Assembly (NCBI GenBank): GCA_041747855.1
Contig: JBGTEJ010000088.1
Location: 362-64,361 of the forward strand
Source of the DNA: Acidimicrobiia bacterium
GTDB lineage: Bacteria; Actinomycetota; Acidimicrobiia; Spongiisociales; ZC4RG35
Direction: 5' to 3'
Length of the DNA stretch: 64,000 nucleotides
A program made the translations under genes and the position numbers. Below the pieces are notes generated by a model. It saw only the letters and a program-made list of their open reading frames with translations, did no database searches and was not told the origin of the DNA. Within the stretch, counting starts at the first letter, position 1. Every line of letters begins with the position of its first letter. This document shows positions 27,990 to 34,714 of the stretch, in pieces.

Positions 27990-28441
27990 GAGCGGTAGCT
28001 GTGGCCGACCGGCGTCTGTTCGCCTGACGGACCCACCCCACCCGCCGTGGACCTGACCCTGATCCCCCGGACCAGACCCCATGGTGTTCTTGGAGGCAAA
28101 CAAGCGAAGTCGGCCACCACAAGTAAGTCCCAAACGCCGAACCCCATTGTTTGGGAGCGGTAGCTGTGGCCGACCGGCGTCCGTTCGCCTGACCGAGCTA
28201 GGCGGGGGGGCGAGACGCTGACCCTGATCCCCTGGGCCCAGAACCCATCGTATTCTTGGAGGCAAACAGGCGAAGTCGGCCGGAGTCTCAAAAGGTTGGA
28301 CCCGATCGTTTGGGAGCGGTAGCTGTGGCCGACCGGCGTCTGTTCGCCTGACGGACCCACCCCACCCGCCGTGAACCTGACCCTGATCCCCGGGGATGAG
28401 ACCGTATAGCGGTCCTGGAGGTAAACAGGCGAAGTCGGCCA
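27990..28441. repeat. Three tandem ~160-nt units (cores 27990..28116, 28155..28282, 28314..28441), non-coding
   Basis: Direct reading gives periods of 165 and 159 nt. Invariant blocks are GGAGCGGTAGCTGTGGCCGACCGGCGTC, CTGACCCTGATCCCC and AAACAGGCGAAGTCGGCC, with variable internal segments. Confidence 0.85.
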
Positions 28442-28539
28442 CCATAAAAACAAACGCCCTAGTGACCGCTGGAGCCTCCTCCGCACTTCCCCGAACGGAC
28501 GTTTCTCCAAACAACCTCTAGGGCGTCTGCTGTCGCTGA

Positions 28540-28568
28540 ATCTACGCCGTTGTCCAACCGCGTTCAAT
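28540..28568 (-). promoter_or_regulatory. Sigma-70-like promoter pointing into the repeat region
   Basis: Minus strand reads TTGAAC (28568..28563) - 17 nt - TAGATT (28545..28540). Confidence 0.4.
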
Positions 28569-28740
28569 CACCCTGCCAGCGCAATGTTTCGCGAGTTGAA
28601 TACCACTAACTCCCTCTATCTATCCTTGTTGGGTAGGACGGGGAACGGTTACCAACAGGAACCGGCGTTTTCCACAGGGTTTGTCCACACCGGTGTGTTT
28701 ACAAGTTTCTAAGCGAGTTTTTCGCGATCCGGTCTGGTCC

Positions 28741-29688
28741 TCAAGTCCTCTGGAGTCGGAGTCGAGACACCAGTGCTCCTACTGGTTGGCCGCCACCTCG
28801 GACCACCGGGCCAGCCACATCTGCCAACCTATCCCGGGCCGGTGCGCTGAGGAAACCCAACTCGTCGAGGGTCGCCACCGCAGCCAGGGATGCAACCTGC
28901 CCGGATCCATCCCAGGACTTGACGGCGATGCCGTAGCCGGCGGCCAATCCCACTCCGATGCATCCCTGGGCACCCCCCTTAGCCACCGCATCGAGGGCAA
29001 TTGCGATCGAAGTGTCCGGCTCTCCGTTCCCACCCACCATCGCCGGATAACGATGCATCGCCTCAAAGACGGTTGAGAACCGAGTGTCTGTTGCCAGGAT
29101 GGCGTACATGCGTGCCATCACTCTTGCGGTCGTTCGATGCACCGGTGCACCACATCCGTCGACCCCGACGGGTTCCGGGTCGAACCCTCCTATATCAGCA
29201 ACCAGGGCCGTGACCCTTTTCTGAAGCGGATGCTCCGGAGCCAGATAGGTCTCGACAGGCCAACCTTGCGTCCGACATGCCCTGAGGAACGCAGCATGCT
29301 TCCCGGAGCAGTTGTACCAAAGCTTCCTCGGCATAGTCTGAACCGATTTGATCAGCCGATCGGAAGCCGCCCGATTCGCTGGCCAGTCGGCAGGACACCC
29401 GAGCTGACTTTCCTCCAGCCCAAACCCGTGGAGCATGTCTTCTACGATCGCAATCTGGACAGGGTGGCCGCGATGCGAGGATGAGGCGATAGCCAACTGG
29501 AGGAGAGTGAGGTCTGCACCCGCTTCCTGCGAGGTGTAGGCCTGAAACGGTTTGCAGGCCGACCGGATGAAAAAGGACTGGTCGATGTCCCCGGAGTGTG
29601 CGATCAAGGAACCGTCAGGGGCACAAACGGCGACTGCCCCATCGTGGCGGGATTCGACCAGACCCGAGCGCACACTCTCGGCCAGCAT
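28741..29688 (-). CDS. Asparaginase family protein (L-asparaginase II type)
   Basis: ESRHDGAVAV, RSACKPFQA and NCSGKHAAFL motifs typical of the Asparaginase_II family. Confidence 0.8.
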   Translation of the reverse strand: MLAESVRSGLVESRHDGAVAVCAPDGSLIAHSGDIDQSFFIRSACKPFQAYTSQEAGADLTLLQLAIASSSHRGHPVQIAIVEDMLHGFGLEESQLGCPADWPANRAASDRLIKSVQTMPRKLWYNCSGKHAAFLRACRTQGWPVETYLAPEHPLQKRVTALVADIGGFDPEPVGVDGCGAPVHRTTARVMARMYAILATDTRFSTVFEAMHRYPAMVGGNGEPDTSIAIALDAVAKGGAQGCIGVGLAAGYGIAVKSWDGSGQVASLAAVATLDELGFLSAPARDRLADVAGPVVRGGGQPVGALVSRLRLQRT

Positions 29689-29694
29689 CGGTGG

Positions 29695-30225
29695 TCAGCT
29701 CGGGACCGCGGACTCGTCCTGCTGGCTGCGGTACCTGGCAACTATCTCCTCCTGAAGAGTGTCGATCACCGAATGGAGCTGGCGGCGTTGCTCAGACAAC
29801 TGCCCTTCGAATTCGAGGAGCCCTTCGTGGGCCTCGGACACCTCGGCATCTGACATGTCGGACAAACGGGTCAAGACGCCGTCGTCCATGATCAGGTCGA
29901 TGAGCCGTCTCCCGGTTGCTGACGGTATCGGCGGCATGACCTCGATGTGACGCTGGGTCGGTTCTTGTCCCAGGACCAGGCCACTGGCGAGAATCTCGGG
30001 TAGGGCCTCGATCAGAGTCCGACTCTCCTGGCCGTTTCTCCGCTTCACCTCGAAACCGAGAAGATCCATCCGACCATGCAGAAGACGGCGGTAGTAGGAA
30101 ATCTGGGCTTCCACGTCTTCGGCGGTGTCGCGTCTCTGGCGGAGCTCCTCGAGGTTCAGGTTTCCGAGTCCCTCGAGATACTCCGATTCCAAGACCAGGT
30201 CTATACGGCGGCGGTGTTCTGACAC
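29695..30225 (-). CDS. RsiG-like coiled-coil protein (putative c-di-GMP-binding anti-sigma factor family)
   Basis: Two copies of E-x3-S-x2-R-x3-H-x3-D (E39..D54 and E140..D155) on predicted helices. Size is about 176 aa. Confidence 0.55.
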   Translation of the reverse strand: MSEHRRRIDLVLESEYLEGLGNLNLEELRQRRDTAEDVEAQISYYRRLLHGRMDLLGFEVKRRNGQESRTLIEALPEILASGLVLGQEPTQRHIEVMPPIPSATGRRLIDLIMDDGVLTRLSDMSDAEVSEAHEGLLEFEGQLSEQRRQLHSVIDTLQEEIVARYRSQQDESAVPS

Positions 30226-30234
30226 AGCCGCACT

Positions 30235-31350
30235 TTACCTCTTACAGGCCGCGACCAGGGTCGGATAGGGGTTGACCGCTGCCGAGTTGAGGCCACCGGG
30301 GTGCATCTGGAAGTGGAGGTGAGGACTACCACCAAGGGCGTTGCCCGTATTCCCGTTGAACCCGATCACCTGACCTTGGGTGACGCGCTGCCCGTTGCCA
30401 ACGGCGCGCCGGGAAAGATGGGCGTAGTAGTAGGCGAAACCGCTGTCGGCTCGCAACCAGATACCGATGCCTCCGAGACCGCTGTTGGTATTGAGGACCG
30501 TCCCTGACTGCACGGCGTAAATCGGCTCGTCCCATGCCGCAAACAAGTCGGTCCCTTTGTGCGTACGACCGCCCGACCTGGGGAACCCCCAAGAGTTGAT
30601 GAATGAGGTCCGGCCAGGGGTGAAGGGGCAGATGAACGGACCGGTTTGAACCGAGCCCTGATTGCGGAGACGCTCCTGTTCGCGGCGGAGGCGCTCTCGT
30701 TCCCGAGCCGCGGCCTGCTCAGCCTCGTACTTGGCGTTTAGATCCCGACACCTGTCGCTCAACCTGGCGTAGGCCTGCTGTTCCGCCTGCATCGCTGCTT
30801 CCTGGCGGGTCAACATCTCAGCGGCCTCCGCCTGCTTTTCTTGAAGTTGACGATGGACGTCCTCCAGGTCCACTTCGAATCTGGTCAACTGTCCACGGGC
30901 AGCAAGTAGCTCATCCAATGACCCGCGGGCACCGAGTCCGGCGCTGCTCAGAAACTCGGTCGTTGTGATCAAACGGTCGACCGATGAGGCGCTGAGGATG
31001 ATCCCTGGAGTGGTGAACCCACCCCTCATGTACAACTCGACTGCGTGCTCTTCTATCTGACGTTGCACGTTCTCGGCGGTCGACACATTCGCCTCGACCG
31101 ATCCCGAGACCCTGGCCTGCTGTCGTTGCAGTTGGTCGATCTCGTTGAGCACCCTCTCGTAGGCGAGGGCGGCCGACTCGAACTCGGCCTGCGCGGCTCG
31201 ATACTCGGCCAACTGCTCACGAGAGTCCTCGCATGCGGCATCCACCTGTGCACGCGTGGTCTGCGCCGCACCGACGGCCGGGACGAGCGTCACCATCATC
31301 ATGAGAGCGAGTGGTGGAGCGGCGCGGCGGAAAACCTTACGGGCAGCCAT
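30235..31350 (-). CDS. Secreted M23 family metallopeptidase with an N-terminal coiled coil
   Basis: Signal peptide, long Gln/Ala/Glu-rich coiled coil, HKGTDLFA ... HLHFQMH zinc-ligand motifs. Confidence 0.85.
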   Translation of the reverse strand: MAARKVFRRAAPPLALMMMVTLVPAVGAAQTTRAQVDAACEDSREQLAEYRAAQAEFESAALAYERVLNEIDQLQRQQARVSGSVEANVSTAENVQRQIEEHAVELYMRGGFTTPGIILSASSVDRLITTTEFLSSAGLGARGSLDELLAARGQLTRFEVDLEDVHRQLQEKQAEAAEMLTRQEAAMQAEQQAYARLSDRCRDLNAKYEAEQAAARERERLRREQERLRNQGSVQTGPFICPFTPGRTSFINSWGFPRSGGRTHKGTDLFAAWDEPIYAVQSGTVLNTNSGLGGIGIWLRADSGFAYYYAHLSRRAVGNGQRVTQGQVIGFNGNTGNALGGSPHLHFQMHPGGLNSAAVNPYPTLVAACKR

Positions 31351-31403
31351 GCACTGAGGAGCCTAGCCCTGTGTCCTTCGTTGGCGAAGTCAGATTGCCA
31401 TCT

Positions 31404-32177
31404 TCAGAGAATGAGGCGGATCAGTGGGAGATACACCGCGGCGGCAAGAACCGCACCATCGAGCGACGGGATCCATCCTGGGGCGCGCTCGGTGAGCCGC
31501 ACCTGACCAGTGCGAAGCATCGTGGACAGTCCGGTTCCTGCGATCAGGGCAACGGCAATTCCCAACCCGACCAATAAGTAGCCGACGACGTCGAGATCCC
31601 ACACGACCGCTGCCAGCACCGAACCCAACACCGCCACTATTGCCGTTGCGGAGAACGGGTCGAGGAACGGCAACGCCGGCATCCGCGAGACGATTGCCCC
31701 CGCCATCAGGCCTGCGATGACCGACACGACGAAGACGTCCACTGCGGCCGCGTCGGGACTTACCGAAGTCCTGGCGAGCAGCAGTGAGGCCACCCCAAGT
31801 CCCCCAATCAGACCGACCAGCAGGGTCGGGGCGAAGACCTCCACCTGGCGATATGGATCGAAGGCCACCGCCCATCCCAGACATATGACTACGGCGAGGG
31901 CAACGGTCATGCCGTATCCCAGGCCCCCGAACGTATGGGCTGCAAGAGCACTGCCAGCCGCGGTGACAATCACGGACAGTGGTGCGAAGTCGCGTCCCCG
32001 GCCCCCGAACGAAGCCCCGATGTCAACCGCCCAAAGAGCAACGATTGCGACCGAGGCAGCAGCCCAGATCTCCTGGGACTGAAGATTGGCCAAGACCGCA
32101 ACCGCGATCACAGCCACCGGGATGAAGCTGAGCACCTCGAAGGTCGGCGAGGCCACCTGTTGCCCTCGCGCGGTCAT
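31404..32177 (-). CDS. Polytopic membrane protein, unassigned
   Basis: Hydrophobic ~257-aa ORF. Track ORF trimmed to MTARGQQ to avoid overlap with the divergent gene. Confidence 0.5.
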   Translation of the reverse strand: MTARGQQVASPTFEVLSFIPVAVIAVAVLANLQSQEIWAAASVAIVALWAVDIGASFGGRGRDFAPLSVIVTAAGSALAAHTFGGLGYGMTVALAVVICLGWAVAFDPYRQVEVFAPTLLVGLIGGLGVASLLLARTSVSPDAAAVDVFVVSVIAGLMAGAIVSRMPALPFLDPFSATAIVAVLGSVLAAVVWDLDVVGYLLVGLGIAVALIAGTGLSTMLRTGQVRLTERAPGWIPSLDGAVLAAAVYLPLIRLIL

Positions 32178-32291
32178 CGGCCTGCTCCCTGTCGGGTGGT
32201 CATGTTGATGCTTTGCATGCAGGTTGAAACCATAGACCGGAACCTCGCCGTCGTGACACACTTCGCGGTCAATCCCGCTTAGTCTCGACTC

Positions 32292-32708
32292 GTGGACGAA
32301 ACACTTCTGGTTCCAGTCGAGGTGCCGTTCGTGGGTGATGAGCGACACAAGAACTGGGCAAAACTCATCGAGTCAGTTGACTCATCCCGGTCGTCCGGGT
32401 GGGCCTACGAGGGGCCCTTTGTCGATGTGGGCGGCATCCAGGACCTCCCGGTGGGGGGAGTCATGCTCGTCTACGGGGAGCGGGGTTCACGGGCCAACCC
32501 ACAGATCCTGGCCCGGGTCTACACCGTGAACGGCGATGCCACCTTGAGTCTCGAGGCGGAGGCCAAGGGAAGGGCCTGGGCGAGGACGCTTCGTGACCCT
32601 ATCGACCGATGTCTTGGAGTGGAGCGGGTCATCGATCTTTCCCATATCGCAGACGAAACCCTCATGAACGAACTCGAAGCGCGTGGTTGGAAGGTTCAAC
32701 GCGACTAA
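32292..32708 (+). CDS. Hypothetical protein
   Basis: 138-aa ORF with balanced, protein-like composition and a GTG start. No family recognised. Confidence 0.4.
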   Translation: MDETLLVPVEVPFVGDERHKNWAKLIESVDSSRSSGWAYEGPFVDVGGIQDLPVGGVMLVYGERGSRANPQILARVYTVNGDATLSLEAEAKGRAWARTLRDPIDRCLGVERVIDLSHIADETLMNELEARGWKVQRD

Positions 32709-33697
32709 GGGGCGATGACCGAGGCGATGGCTGAGGCCACGGCAGTCGGGTCTTCGAGATGGACTTGGAAGGCTTCGATCTCGATGAGCGAGAATGAGGA
32801 AATCGCCTTCTCGATCTCCTCGACCGAGGAGCGGGGAACCGGCCCCTTGGTGCTCCATACGTAGATGGTGGGCGCGGTGATCAAGTCAAGGTCTTCGGGG
32901 ACGAAAGAGGCCCGAGGTGTGTGTCTGAAAGCGTTCACCGAACTCGTGGAGTTGCTGATCGTTGCCGCCAGCCGCCGTCTCTCATGCTGGGCGGGTGTGG
33001 GACACCATCCCCCTCGATCACAGTATGGAGCCCAGCCTGTCGATGGAGCGGCAGGTGAAACCTCGTTCTGGAAAGTCATCGACCGCCCGATGAAGGGGAA
33101 CCGCTGAACTCGCACAGACCATCCTTCGTTCCGCCAGAAGTCGACGTCGATCATTACCAGACCCCTCACCAGTTCGGGACGGGTGGCAGCCACTTCAGCG
33201 GCCACCTCGCCTCCCAAACCGACACCGGCGACAACCACGGGCACGGAGTACCGCTCGGAGATGACTGCAGCCACGGTGCGCCCCATCGAGGCCACCGTGT
33301 GCTGAGGACCGGGCTCGGGGATCCTCTGGCTCAATCCGAAGCCAGGCAAGTCGATGGTGACGACTCTGGTGTCTCCTCCAACACTTTCGACGAGAGCGTC
33401 GAGGGTCACGCTTCCTGAGATGTCCATGTCGTGAAGCAACACGACGGGAACAGTCCCGTTGGTCCTATCAACCGCGTAGATGTTGAAACCCTCGACTCTG
33501 GTCAACACTTCCGGGGTGATCCCAAGATCTCCGAGCATGGCTGACTCGGTGAGGCTGATTCTCTGATCGACGCTGGTACTCCAGATCATCACGCCGGCAC
33601 CCGTAATCAGCACCACCACGACGAGCATCTTCAGAAAGAGTCGTTTTGGCTCTTCCTTGACCGGTGGCGTCAGTCCTGGCATATGGAGAAGTATCAC
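32705..33697 (-). CDS. Membrane-anchored alpha/beta-hydrolase-fold protein (nucleophile position is Gly)
   Basis: VVLLHDM ... IDLPGFGLS ... VVVAGVGLGGEVA ... VHLEDP layout of the fold, with an N-terminal TM helix. Confidence 0.7.
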   Translation of the reverse strand: MILLHMPGLTPPVKEEPKRLFLKMLVVVVLITGAGVMIWSTSVDQRISLTESAMLGDLGITPEVLTRVEGFNIYAVDRTNGTVPVVLLHDMDISGSVTLDALVESVGGDTRVVTIDLPGFGLSQRIPEPGPQHTVASMGRTVAAVISERYSVPVVVAGVGLGGEVAAEVAATRPELVRGLVMIDVDFWRNEGWSVRVQRFPFIGRSMTFQNEVSPAAPSTGWAPYCDRGGWCPTPAQHERRRLAATISNSTSSVNAFRHTPRASFVPEDLDLITAPTIYVWSTKGPVPRSSVEEIEKAISSFSLIEIEAFQVHLEDPTAVASAIASVIAP

Positions 33698-33758
33698 ACG
33701 GGCGGCGACGGATGAAGTGAATCGACCCCTACAGGACCTTGCCTACTGTTCCGCCGTC

Positions 33759-34376
33759 ATGCTTATCCCTTTGACCGGCGGCCGCTTGAGGCGCCGCTTC
33801 ACCCAGCTCATCGCCGGTCTCCTCCTGTTCGGCTTCGGCATCGGGCTGATGCTCCGGTCGGGGCTGGGGATGCCGCCCTGGGATATCCTCCATCAAGGTC
33901 TCGAGGCCCGATTCGGCCTCACCATCGGCATCTGGTCGGTGATCATCTCAGTGGTCGTCCTGTTGTTGTGGATTCCCCTCAAGGAACCGTTTGGGCCGGG
34001 CACCGTTCTCAACGCGGTGATAGTCGGCCTCATGATCGACTTGACCGCCAATGTCGTTCCCGACGCCACTTCAGCCGGGCTGGCTTGGTCGATGGTCCTT
34101 GCCGGAATCCTGGCGATCGGGCTCGCTTCGGGGATGTACATAGGAGCCAGGCTGGGTCCCGGCCCGAGGGACGGTCTGATGACCGGGATCGCCAAACGGG
34201 GGCCGTCGATCCGTCTCACGCGAACCGTGATCGAAGTCGTTGTGCTGGCCATCGGCTGGTGGCTGGGTGGAACGTTTGGCTTGGGAACGATCCTCTTCGC
34301 CATAGCAATCGGCCCACTGGTCCAACTCTTTCTCCCTAGATGGACTATCGACCAAGGGGAGACCGCAAGGGCTTGA
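33759..34376 (+). CDS. YczE/YitT-like membrane protein
   Basis: Polytopic, with GPGPRDGLMTG and GxG-rich helices. Trimmed to MLIPLTGG. Confidence 0.6.
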   Translation: MLIPLTGGRLRRRFTQLIAGLLLFGFGIGLMLRSGLGMPPWDILHQGLEARFGLTIGIWSVIISVVVLLLWIPLKEPFGPGTVLNAVIVGLMIDLTANVVPDATSAGLAWSMVLAGILAIGLASGMYIGARLGPGPRDGLMTGIAKRGPSIRLTRTVIEVVVLAIGWWLGGTFGLGTILFAIAIGPLVQLFLPRWTIDQGETARA

Positions 34377-34554
34377 GTTCGTGGAGAGGGCCCTGCTTTC
34401 AGACCGCGAAAACTTGTCACCCCCAGGACTTAGCGTCTCCTTGATTGACATCTAGAGTGCCCGTACTTCCCCCGGGTGCACGGAGCGCCCACTTCCCCCG
34501 ACCGGCTGTTAGCCGCGTTCGCAACGCCCCTGTGCCGGTGGAAAAACTTGGTAC

Positions 34555-34583
34555 TTGACGAGTGACACTCTTGTAATTACATT
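34555..34583 (+). promoter_or_regulatory. Candidate nrdJ promoter
   Basis: TTGACG (34555..34560) - 17 nt - TACATT (34578..34583). Confidence 0.45.
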
Positions 34584-34596
34584 CTCGTAGTCCATA

Positions 34597-34640
34597 CCAG
34601 ATGTAGTGGACACTTCCCCACCGACCACAACATCTTGTGG
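34597..34640 (+). promoter_or_regulatory. Candidate tandem NrdR boxes
   Basis: Perfect 16-bp palindrome CCACAACATCTTGTGG (34625..34640) and a weaker CCAGATGTAGTGG (34597..34609) about 30 bp upstream, ahead of an nrd gene. Confidence 0.4.
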
Positions 34641-34714
34641 TTTTACAACATGCCAGATCAGATTTTGGGCTCGGTCCTTCCCATCCGAGTCCGGTGCGGA
34701 GGAGGCACTACAAC

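Noticed and set aside
28055-28080. ACCCTGATCCCC block resembling the ACCUGAUC stretch of TPP riboswitches
   Set aside because: There is no CUGAGA partner element and no thiamine-related gene downstream. The block is part of a threefold tandem repeat between convergent genes.
27990-28441. CRISPR array interpretation of the cores and 31-38-nt spacers
   Set aside because: The cores are about 127 nt, far longer than CRISPR repeats. There are only three copies, and the cores themselves contain variable segments. No cas genes are in the window.
27293-28567. Long minus-strand ORFs (424 aa and 197 aa) running through the tandem repeats, including an apparent peptide repeat ADFACLPP...PGDQGQ...SVRRTDAGRPQLPL
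   Set aside because: The 424-aa ORF is antisense to the CAP-domain gene. In the repeats the frame is not maintained between copies (ADFACLPP in two units, RLRLFASK in the third, with resynchronising indels). There is no RBS, and the composition is not protein-like.
28640-28670. ECF-type GGAAC...CGTT promoter-like string on the plus strand downstream of the repeat array
   Set aside because: The spacing is off (about 19 nt), and it would only drive antisense transcription into the asparaginase gene. It is probably chance.
34380-34714. Adenosylcobalamin riboswitch upstream of the B12-dependent nrdJ
   Set aside because: I could not find the B12-box (GCCACUG-like) or the surrounding conserved helices. 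The region is better explained by a promoter plus NrdR-like palindromes.
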